A DNA stretch of 37,372 nucleotides from an uncultured Candidatus Saccharibacteria bacterium (GTDB lineage: Bacteria; Patescibacteriota; Minisyncoccia; Phycocordibacterales; UBA9988): contig CAZNKH010000001.1 of assembly GCA_964574105.1 (NCBI GenBank), positions 17,772-55,143 of the forward strand, written 5' to 3'. Every line of letters starts with the position of its first letter. Within the stretch, counting starts at the first letter, position 1. Under the pieces are notes generated by a model. It had not been told where the DNA came from, ran no database searches, and was given only the letters and a program-made list of their open reading frames with translations. Shown piece after piece: positions 24,457-31,936 of the stretch. Both the position numbers and the translations under genes were made by a program.

Positions 24457-24480
24457 ATACAAAAAGTGAGAAACTACTCC

Positions 24481-24735
24481 CTACTTTGCCGCAGTCTTGG
24501 TTTTTTTGGAAGTACGGGAAGAGACCTTGGCGAGGCGAGCACGGAACTTCTCTACACGACCAGCAGTATCCATCACCTTTTCACTACCGGTGAAGAAGGG
24601 GTGGCAAGCACTGCAAATCTCTACATTGATTTCAGGCTTGGTGGATCCGACGGTAAAAGTATTTCCACAAGAACAGGTTACTTTTGTGTCATTATAGTAG
24701 TTTGGATGTATTTCTTTTTTCACGAAGGCAAGCAT
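24481..24735 (-). CDS. rpmE: 50S ribosomal protein L31 (Zn-binding type) with a Lys-rich tail
   Basis: KKEIHPNYY...CSCGN...[10 protein letters not shown]. Confidence 0.9.
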   Translation of the reverse strand: MLAFVKKEIHPNYYNDTKVTCSCGNTFTVGSTKPEINVEICSACHPFFTGSEKVMDTAGRVEKFRARLAKVSSRTSKKTKTAAK

Positions 24736-24744
24736 ACCAGCAAA

Positions 24745-26088
24745 CTAGAGATTCTGCAAGGGGTCAATCATATTCTGCTGGATATTGGTGGCAATCTTCA
24801 TCACGCTGTCGCCGTAAAAGGCATTACTCGGCTTTGACCAATTACCCCCTGCGTAGTAGCGGAGGGATGCTTCGCGCTCTGCCGCAAAAGTCTGCCGTGA
24901 GGCACCAAGCTCAGAGAGGTAGAGGGCTGAGGCCATAAAGGCATCTTCCGGCTCCCACGGGTTCGGTGGGTTATGCCCCGTTGCCGCAGCAATTTTTGTC
25001 TCATATGAAGCCCAAGTCGTGGGGATGAACTGTGACGGACCCATCGCGCCACCCCAACCATTCCCCATAGGACACGATAGCGGCATAGATTCTGGGTCAA
25101 GACCAAGCTTTTTGGTTATGCGTAGGTACACCGACTCATCATCACGCCTAGAGTTGTCACCCGGCCCTGGCATAATCGCCTTCCACTGTTTTGAGACCGG
25201 ATCTCCCGGTCGGTTGCAGGTACCAATGTTTTTACCCAAATTTGTTTCTTGCGTAAGAATCGCGAGTAAGAACGCGGGACGGATACCCGTCTTTGCAGAT
25301 GCGGCATTAGCAAATTCTAAGGCCTTACCAAAAGGAATTGCGCTCGAATCACGGAGAGCAAAGAGAGCGCTCCTAATATCAGAGGCTCGTTGACGGCGTT
25401 CAGTTAGCACTTTTGAATACGCAGCTTCTTGTGTCTTTGATACCGAAAGTATCTCCTGTTTATTCTGCTCGTGTATCTCTACCTCTTTTTTCTTTGACTC
25501 AATTTCCAGTTTTGCGCTTGCCTCCGTGACCTTCTTCTCTTCTAGACTCTGTTTTTCAACTTGTGTTTTTTGCTTAGTGCCACGGATCACATCCATGGAG
25601 TCACGGATATCGGTTTGCACCGTCTGAATAGAATCAACAACACCATAAAAATCAGAAAATTGCTCATTTCCGAGTAACACTTCAGGCAACGAAGATGACT
25701 CGTACTCTTGAGAGTTTTGTATAAGCCGCTTTAAGTACTCACGGCGGATCGCAAGCTCTTCTTCAAGAGTGAGAATAGTGCTCTCTTTCGTACCAATATC
25801 TTTACTGATAGTAGAAATGGCGAGACTGCGCGCCTTAATCTCCAGTTGCGCCTGCTTTATCTGCGCATTCAGAATGACAATATCACGCTCTATTGAGGCG
25901 GTCTCCTTGCGTTTATTTCTAAGTAACTCTGCTTGCACTGCAATTTCTGCTTCTACCTTTGCAAGTTCTGATTCTAGATTTTTTCTCCGTTCTTCAACAG
26001 TAAGAGCCGCTTCTCCATAGATGAGCGGTACAGAGAATGCAATTAGCACGACAAAAAGAAAAAGCAAGGGTATCCTTGAGTGAGACAT
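24745..26088 (-). CDS. Membrane-anchored or secreted coiled-coil protein with a C-terminal lytic transglycosylase (MltB/SLT_2-like) domain
   Basis: An N-terminal hydrophobic segment is followed by about 230 aa of heptad-rich sequence. The catalytic region reads AFLLAILTQETNLG (catalytic Glu context) and GAMGPSQFIPTTW. Confidence 0.7.
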   Translation of the reverse strand: MSHSRIPLLFLFVVLIAFSVPLIYGEAALTVEERRKNLESELAKVEAEIAVQAELLRNKRKETASIERDIVILNAQIKQAQLEIKARSLAISTISKDIGTKESTILTLEEELAIRREYLKRLIQNSQEYESSSLPEVLLGNEQFSDFYGVVDSIQTVQTDIRDSMDVIRGTKQKTQVEKQSLEEKKVTEASAKLEIESKKKEVEIHEQNKQEILSVSKTQEAAYSKVLTERRQRASDIRSALFALRDSSAIPFGKALEFANAASAKTGIRPAFLLAILTQETNLGKNIGTCNRPGDPVSKQWKAIMPGPGDNSRRDDESVYLRITKKLGLDPESMPLSCPMGNGWGGAMGPSQFIPTTWASYETKIAAATGHNPPNPWEPEDAFMASALYLSELGASRQTFAAEREASLRYYAGGNWSKPSNAFYGDSVMKIATNIQQNMIDPLQNL

Positions 26089-26094
26089 TAGTTT

Positions 26095-26103
26095 AGTATA
26101 GCA
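26095..26103 (-). promoter_or_regulatory. Putative extended -10 promoter of the transglycosylase-rpmE-prfA unit with leaderless geometry
   Basis: The minus strand reads TGcTATACT (26103..26095), 6 nt, ATG 26088. Confidence 0.45.
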
Positions 26104-26117
26104 AAAACGGCAAGAAT

Positions 26118-26756
26118 CTACTCGCCGCTTGCTTCTGCTCCTTCCTCCTCTTGTTTACCGCGTTTTTCTACTTCGATCTGTGAGATATCCATTGCGAGAG
26201 TCTCTTCCTCCTCCTTAGCAACAGTGAGTGCAGCGACAATATCTTCCGGGTCAGCAATAGCCTTCACTCCTGTAGGGAGTGAGAGATTCTTTACCGTAAT
26301 CTGACTCTCTAAGGTTTCTAAAGTACTGAGATCAACGGTAATCTCGTGAGGAAGATCCTTGGGAAGTGCTTCAACTTCCAACTCATGGAGTACCTTCACC
26401 ACGATGCCACCGAGCTTTACCGCAGGAGCATCACCCTCCCAAACTAGCGGGACAGAGACATGGAGTGCCTTACCCTTCTCAATTGCGTAAAAATCAATGT
26501 GGATGAATTCGCCCGTAGAAGGGTTCTTCTCTACTTCGTGGATGAGTACATCGAGGTCGCCTGCAGGTGTTTTGAGTGTAATAATCGAGGATTCGCCTGC
26601 GGCACGGTACACCTTCTTGAAGTCAGAGAGTGCAACAAAGTACGATGCGGATTTCTCCTTGCGTCCGTAAACAACAACAGGCAAAAGTCCCTTTTTACGG
26701 CTCGTGGAGAGTGCCTTCCCATAGATATCTCTCTTTGTTGCGGTAAGTGTAATCAC
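26118..26756 (-). CDS. rplY: 50S ribosomal protein L25 (Ctc form) with an acidic tail, GTG start
   Basis: ITLTATKRDIYGKALSTSRKKGLLPVVVYG...HEVEKNPSTGEFIHIDF. Confidence 0.9.
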   Translation of the reverse strand: MITLTATKRDIYGKALSTSRKKGLLPVVVYGRKEKSASYFVALSDFKKVYRAAGESSIITLKTPAGDLDVLIHEVEKNPSTGEFIHIDFYAIEKGKALHVSVPLVWEGDAPAVKLGGIVVKVLHELEVEALPKDLPHEITVDLSTLETLESQITVKNLSLPTGVKAIADPEDIVAALTVAKEEEETLAMDISQIEVEKRGKQEEEGAEASGE

Positions 26757-26762
26757 GGGGAC

Positions 26763-26790
26763 AGTATACCGACTTAGTGAAATAAATCAA
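26763..26790 (-). promoter_or_regulatory. Putative promoter of rplY with leaderless geometry and a GTG start
   Basis: The minus strand reads TTGATT (26790..26785), 16 nt, TATACT (26768..26763), 6 nt, GTG 26756. Confidence 0.45.
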
Positions 26791-26843
26791 CTATTCTCAT
26801 TAGTGTTCAATCTTCGAGACTGAACAAATGCGAGATTTAATTA

Positions 26844-27713
26844 TTATGATATCCCATTAAATAGCTTGAGGCGAGGCGAGACGGCAGATTCTATTGCCAA
26901 GACTGCGTCCCGCATAATTTTGTACGGAGCCACTTCGTCTGGATTTTCTTGCAAGGAGAGCTTTACCGCGTCGCGGAAGGCGACGCGCAGTTCTGTAGAG
27001 ATGTGTACCATTGAGACCCCCGCCTTGATTGCTGCGACAAAATCCTCATCAGGCGTACCCGAGCCGCCGTGAAGTACCAAAGGTACTCCCGAAGCCTCGC
27101 GGATAGCCTTCACTCGCGGGATGTCTAAATGAGGATCCTTACTATGTTTAAGCATTCCGTGGATGTTCCCTACCGCAGGAGCAAGGAGATCTACCCCTGT
27201 CTCCTCTACAAACTGCTTCGCATCTTCTGGTGTAGTGAATGTCTCTGCGCTCTGAGCCGCTCCTTCAGGGACTTCATCAAGGAGCTTTGAAGATTTGCCA
27301 ATGTAGCCAAGCTCGCCCTCTATCAAAACATCTCGCCCAGAGTTCCGTGCGTAGACAACACACTCCCTCGTCTTAGCACTATTCTCCGCAAAAGAGAGTT
27401 CTGCACCATCAAAAATAACCGAATCAAATCCAGCATCAATCGCCTCCTTTACTCGATCAACAGAATAAGTATGGTCTGCGTTTAGAAAAATAGGGTGCTC
27501 ATACTCGCTCCGGAGACTCTGCACGAGCGCCACCACTTGTCGTATACCAATAAAATCCCGTTCGCCTTCAGAGACGCCAATCACCACAGGAAGCTTGAGT
27601 GCACGGGCGGCATTACAGACTCCGTGGAGTCCTTCAATGTTTGAGATATTAAAGTGACCCAGCGCAACGCCACGCGCCTCCGCATCAGCGATGCTTTCTC
27701 GTAAGCTCATCAT
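26844..27713 (-). CDS. fba: Class II fructose/tagatose-bisphosphate aldolase
   Basis: GVALGHFNISN...VIGVSEG...LNADHTYS...PLVLHGGSG. Confidence 0.9.
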   Translation of the reverse strand: MMSLRESIADAEARGVALGHFNISNIEGLHGVCNAARALKLPVVIGVSEGERDFIGIRQVVALVQSLRSEYEHPIFLNADHTYSVDRVKEAIDAGFDSVIFDGAELSFAENSAKTRECVVYARNSGRDVLIEGELGYIGKSSKLLDEVPEGAAQSAETFTTPEDAKQFVEETGVDLLAPAVGNIHGMLKHSKDPHLDIPRVKAIREASGVPLVLHGGSGTPDEDFVAAIKAGVSMVHISTELRVAFRDAVKLSLQENPDEVAPYKIMRDAVLAIESAVSPRLKLFNGIS

Positions 27714-27719
27714 GGAACT

Positions 27720-27728
27720 ATTCTAGCA
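27720..27728 (-). promoter_or_regulatory. Putative extended -10 promoter of fba with leaderless geometry
   Basis: The minus strand reads TGcTAGAAT (27728..27720), 6 nt, ATG 27713. Confidence 0.45.
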
Positions 27729-27741
27729 CAAGGTGTTCTCG

Positions 27742-27750
27742 TGATATAAT
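27742..27750 (+). promoter_or_regulatory. Putative extended -10 promoter of the kinase / GT-C / GT2 / GT4 operon with leaderless geometry
   Basis: TGaTATAAT at 27742..27750 is followed by 6 nt and ATG 27757. Confidence 0.5.
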
Positions 27751-27756
27751 CCTGAA

Positions 27757-28746
27757 ATGAAGCAATATGATTTCATCGCAATTGGTGACATCGTCGTAGA
27801 TGCCTTTATCCGTCTGATCCAAGCAAATATCTACTCCAAGGAGGGTGTAGAACAGCTCTGTCTCGTGAATGGCTCTAAAATTCCCTACGAATCAGTTACC
27901 GTCATCCCCTCTGTTGGGAATAGTCCCAATGCCGCTGTTGCGGCGGCGCGACTCGGCCTCTCCACAGCACTTGTCACCGATCTCGGTACTGATGATAACG
28001 GAAGACTTTGTCTTAACTCTCTTATAGAAGAAGGGGTAGAGACTCCCTTTGTGCACTCCCATGAAGGAAAGCAGACAAACTACCACTATGTGCTCTGGTT
28101 CAAAGACGAGCGCACCATCCTCATTAAACATGAGGAGTATCCATACACTTTTCCGAATATCGGATCTCCGCGTTGGGTGTACTTGAGCTCTCTGGGAGAG
28201 CATTCTTCCTCTTACCACGAAGCCATCAATAGCTACCTTGTGTCACATTCTGACATCAAGCTCGCTTTTCAGCCCGGAACCTTTCAGATAAAAATGGGGA
28301 AAGAGAAGCTGGCCGCGCTCTATGCACGAACGGAAGTATTCTTCTGCAACACCGATGAAGCACGAATTATCTTAGGCAATGGCGAACGAGATGGAATAAT
28401 ACTCGCACGCGCTATTGCCGCACTCGGGCCTGCAATTGCAGTAATTACTGATGGACCGCACGGCGCGTACTGCTACGATTCACATACCGGAACGGCGTTC
28501 TTTATGCCACCTTACCCTGATCCACAACCTCCCTTTGAGCGTACTGGCGCAGGGGATGCCTTCTCTTCTACTTTTACTGCGGCACTCGCATTAGGGAAGA
28601 CTGTTGAGGAGGCACTCCGCTACGCTCCTATTAATTCCATGTCAGTTGTTCAGAAAATCGGTGCGCAAGAAGGCTTGCTCTCTCAATCTGAGATTGAGAG
28701 ACTTTTACGCTCAGCACCGGTCGGCTTTACTCCAGAAAGACGCTAG
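27757..28746 (+). CDS. PfkB/ribokinase-family sugar or sugar-phosphate kinase
   Basis: The N-terminus reads FIAIGDIVVD. The C-terminal motif reads TGAGDAFSSTF (PfkB signature 2). The substrate cannot be read from the sequence. Confidence 0.85.
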   Translation: MKQYDFIAIGDIVVDAFIRLIQANIYSKEGVEQLCLVNGSKIPYESVTVIPSVGNSPNAAVAAARLGLSTALVTDLGTDDNGRLCLNSLIEEGVETPFVHSHEGKQTNYHYVLWFKDERTILIKHEEYPYTFPNIGSPRWVYLSSLGEHSSSYHEAINSYLVSHSDIKLAFQPGTFQIKMGKEKLAALYARTEVFFCNTDEARIILGNGERDGIILARAIAALGPAIAVITDGPHGAYCYDSHTGTAFFMPPYPDPQPPFERTGAGDAFSSTFTAALALGKTVEEALRYAPINSMSVVQKIGAQEGLLSQSEIERLLRSAPVGFTPERR

Positions 28747-28749
28747 GGT

Positions 28750-30168
28750 ATGAAGGTGTGGCAGAAAGTACTTCTCACTGTATCCATATTCTGTGTGGGG
28801 TTCCTCGTCTATTCACCACATCTCCATTACGAGTACCCGATCCATGTTGACGAATGGCATCACCTCTCGCAAGCACTCCGTATGGGTAATGGCTCCTACA
28901 CGCTCTCTTTCCAAAGTGCTGAGCTTGGATTCCATATATTTCTTTTTCTCGTAAGTACCGTGACGGACATAGTGACGGCATATCGTTTTCTCCCCGCTAT
29001 TGCGGCAATGATTGGAGCATTCATAATCTTTTTTCTTAGCTACCGCATCAGTGCATCGTTCTGGACTGGACTCGCGACACTCTTTTTTTTCGCGACAATC
29101 AAATCAAATGTAAATGTAACCGGGTTATGGTTTTTCACCCCACTCTCGTTCGCAATTCCTCTCATTTATGCATATCTCTATTGCTTCTACCGCGCGGTTG
29201 AAGAGAAGAGCCTTAAGCACTTACGCATCGGCATTATTCTTTTTGCCTTACTCATACCCATTCATGCCGTCTCTGCACTCATGAGCCTTCCCGCGCTATG
29301 TGTGTACGCACTACTACGACATGAACAGTTTATGGAGTATCGTACATATGCCGGCATACTTGCAATTATATTGATTGGTGGGATTCTCTTTTTTGCCCGA
29401 CTTCTTCCCGGATCGTTTTTGAGCGATCTTGCACAACTTTTTTCTCTTGTACAATTCAAATACGGATGGGGCGTTGTAGAAATGGAAAACTCACCATTTG
29501 AGTTATACAGTGTTATCGGATATATCTTTGCAGTAATTGGGAGTATTGCCCTCGTTGTTCAAAAAGAGTATCGCCGTTATACACTATTTCTCCTTCTTCC
29601 CGTGACACTCATTATTTCTATTATTATATTTAAAGTAACGGGAATATCGTTCCTCTCTCCCTATCAGAGAAACTTATACTACCTCACGATGAGTTTGCCG
29701 TTCTTGAGTGCGCTTGGACTCTCTTATCTCTTCTCTCTCGTGCGGAGACAAGTACTCTCTACTCCGGCTCGTATCGTTCTTGCGGGTGTCCTCATCAGTA
29801 TTAGTGCAGGGTCTCTGTATGGGTACTGGAAACTCCCCGAGAAAAGTGGACTCTACTACACCATCACCGACGCAGAGTACCGTGCGCTCCGTTTCCTCCG
29901 CGAATACCCAAAAGGACTCGTGATGGCAGAAGCGCTCCCTTCAGTGTCAATATACTCACTCTCTGGGCACGAGCCGGTTGCGTCCTTAGTGTTTGATGGT
30001 AAGCGCAGTATTAATGACACATTTATGCATGGGGAAAATTGTGCAGAAAAAAGAAGTTTTCTTCACGAGAACCCTGCTGTTCGCTACATTCTTTCTGACG
30101 ATCGCCTCACCTGTGGGTGGATACAGATATACGCAAAAGGAACCTATGTCTACAAAACTCAAGAATAA
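28750..30168 (+). CDS. Polytopic membrane protein, probable GT-C-fold (PMT/ArnT-like) glycosyltransferase
   Basis: By eye there are about 11-12 hydrophobic helices. The first extracytoplasmic loop after TM1 carries HVDEWHH (D-E at 28849-28854), which resembles the loop-1 DE motif of PMT/ArnT enzymes. The C-terminal soluble domain is about 110 aa. The gene overlaps the following Dpm1-like GT2. Confidence 0.55.
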   Translation: MKVWQKVLLTVSIFCVGFLVYSPHLHYEYPIHVDEWHHLSQALRMGNGSYTLSFQSAELGFHIFLFLVSTVTDIVTAYRFLPAIAAMIGAFIIFFLSYRISASFWTGLATLFFFATIKSNVNVTGLWFFTPLSFAIPLIYAYLYCFYRAVEEKSLKHLRIGIILFALLIPIHAVSALMSLPALCVYALLRHEQFMEYRTYAGILAIILIGGILFFARLLPGSFLSDLAQLFSLVQFKYGWGVVEMENSPFELYSVIGYIFAVIGSIALVVQKEYRRYTLFLLLPVTLIISIIIFKVTGISFLSPYQRNLYYLTMSLPFLSALGLSYLFSLVRRQVLSTPARIVLAGVLISISAGSLYGYWKLPEKSGLYYTITDAEYRALRFLREYPKGLVMAEALPSVSIYSLSGHEPVASLVFDGKRSINDTFMHGENCAEKRSFLHENPAVRYILSDDRLTCGWIQIYAKGTYVYKTQE

Positions 30169-30820
30169 TATCTCCATCATACTCCCCTGCCGTAATGAGG
30201 AACTTGGCATTGGACATTGTATAGAAAAGATTCGCTCTGTTTGTCCGGATGCTGAGATTCTTATTGTAGATAATAATAGCAATGATCGGAGTGCGCACAT
30301 CGCGCGTATGTGCGGAGCACGCGTGGTACTAGAGGAGTGCATCGGCTACGGGGCCGCATGCCGAAAAGGCTTTTCATCTGCGCAAGGTACATTGCTGGTG
30401 CTTGCAGACGCAGACAACAGTTATGCGCTTACCGAGATTCCCGCACTCATTACAGAACTCTCAGATATTGATATGGTAGTCGGAGAGCGAATACTGCATC
30501 AGCGGGATGCGATGCCGTTCATGCACCGTTTTTGTGGAAATCCATTCTTTTCTCTACTCCTCCGTACCCTCTTCCGTGTCCCCATAACAGATACGCAATC
30601 CGGCTTCATCGCAATAAAGAAAGACGCTTTTAAAAAGCTTGGTTGTACAAGCACAGGAATGGAATTTATTTCTGAACTATACATCAAAGCAAGCCGTGCA
30701 AAACTTTCTATTTCACACTATCCTACTACATACAAAAGGCGTCTTGGGGTCTCAAAATTGCGTACCATCACGGATGGATTTCGTCATTTATGGCTAATTG
30801 GTACATTGATATTCCATTAG
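30146..30820 (+). CDS. GT2 polyprenol-phosphate glycosyltransferase (Dpm1/Ppm1/GtrB-like), short form without TM helices
   Basis: ISIILPCRNEE...ILIVDNNSNDRS...LADADNSY (DxD)...GFIAIKK...HYPTTYKRRLGVSKL, compare EVPIxxxxRxxGxSKM. I chose the start at MSTKLKN (30146), which overlaps the upstream gene by 23 nt. The ORF-track start at 29993 lies deep inside the previous gene. Confidence 0.8.
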   Translation: MSTKLKNNISIILPCRNEELGIGHCIEKIRSVCPDAEILIVDNNSNDRSAHIARMCGARVVLEECIGYGAACRKGFSSAQGTLLVLADADNSYALTEIPALITELSDIDMVVGERILHQRDAMPFMHRFCGNPFFSLLLRTLFRVPITDTQSGFIAIKKDAFKKLGCTSTGMEFISELYIKASRAKLSISHYPTTYKRRLGVSKLRTITDGFRHLWLIGTLIFH

Positions 30821-30823
30821 TAT

Positions 30824-31936
30824 ATGCGCATCGCCATCTTCCATAATTATCTCGACAATATTGGAGGAGCAGAGAAGGTGAGCCTTTTATTCGCGCGTGA
30901 ACTTGGAGCGGATATCTATACGACAAACATAGATACGGAAAAGATTCATCGGATGGGCTTTGATACTAAGAATATCTTTTCCATCGGACATGTCCCAACA
31001 AATGCACCTCTGCGACAAGAGGCAACTGCGTATCACTTTCGTCGCCTCTCGCTTAATCATCGCTATGATATGCACATCATTGCTGGAGACTGGGCGATTG
31101 GCGCAGCACTGCACAATCGTCCCATACTCTGGTATGTATTCTCTCCTGCGCGAGAGCTCTGGGATCTCTATGAAGAAACGAGAGCGAACACGGTCCCTTT
31201 CCTTACGCGCCCACTCTATGATTGGTGGGTACAGAGAAATCGGGCAAAGAACCTCTCACTTCTGTCGCACATGGATGGAATTATTGCAACATCAGAGACG
31301 GTGCAGGCGCGTATCAAGAAATTCTTTCACTACGAAGCACCGATCATCTATCCACCCATTGACACATCGCTCTATCATAATGATGGCGACCATGGGTATT
31401 GGCTTTCTGTTAATCGACTTATCGGACATAAGCGTGTTGATGTACAGGTAGAAGCCTTTCGACAGATGCCCGAAGAACAATTACTTATCGTGGGGAGTTA
31501 CGAGCAATCTCTTCACTTTAGAAAGTATGCATCGCGCATACGACATTCACTTCCCGCAAACATACAAATTAAGAGCTGGATAGATGATGAGACGCTCCGC
31601 AAGCTCTACGCGCGCTGCCGCGGATTTATTACCACTTCACATAATGAAGATTTTGGACTCACGGTACTTGAGGCAATGGCGAGCGGAAAACCAGTGATCG
31701 CCAGCGATGAGGGAGGCTACCGGGAGACAGTCATAGATGGTACAGGTATACGCATTGCGCCAGTTACACAACAGAATCTCATCTGTGCGATTAGAGAGCT
31801 CGCAGGAAAAACACATCTATTCAAAGACGCTGCACAGAAGCGCGCAGATGAATTCAATTATCCTCGTGCGGTGAAGTCATTATCACAAGAGTGTGCGCGC
31901 ATTAGCGATCATTATCTGCATCTGAAAAACAAGTGA
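30824..31936 (+). CDS. GT4-family (GT-B fold) glycosyltransferase
   Basis: MRIAIFHNYLDNIGGAEKV...SHNEDFGLTVLEAMASGKPVIASDEGGYRETV is an EX7E-type motif. Confidence 0.85.
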   Translation: MRIAIFHNYLDNIGGAEKVSLLFARELGADIYTTNIDTEKIHRMGFDTKNIFSIGHVPTNAPLRQEATAYHFRRLSLNHRYDMHIIAGDWAIGAALHNRPILWYVFSPARELWDLYEETRANTVPFLTRPLYDWWVQRNRAKNLSLLSHMDGIIATSETVQARIKKFFHYEAPIIYPPIDTSLYHNDGDHGYWLSVNRLIGHKRVDVQVEAFRQMPEEQLLIVGSYEQSLHFRKYASRIRHSLPANIQIKSWIDDETLRKLYARCRGFITTSHNEDFGLTVLEAMASGKPVIASDEGGYRETVIDGTGIRIAPVTQQNLICAIRELAGKTHLFKDAAQKRADEFNYPRAVKSLSQECARISDHYLHLKNK

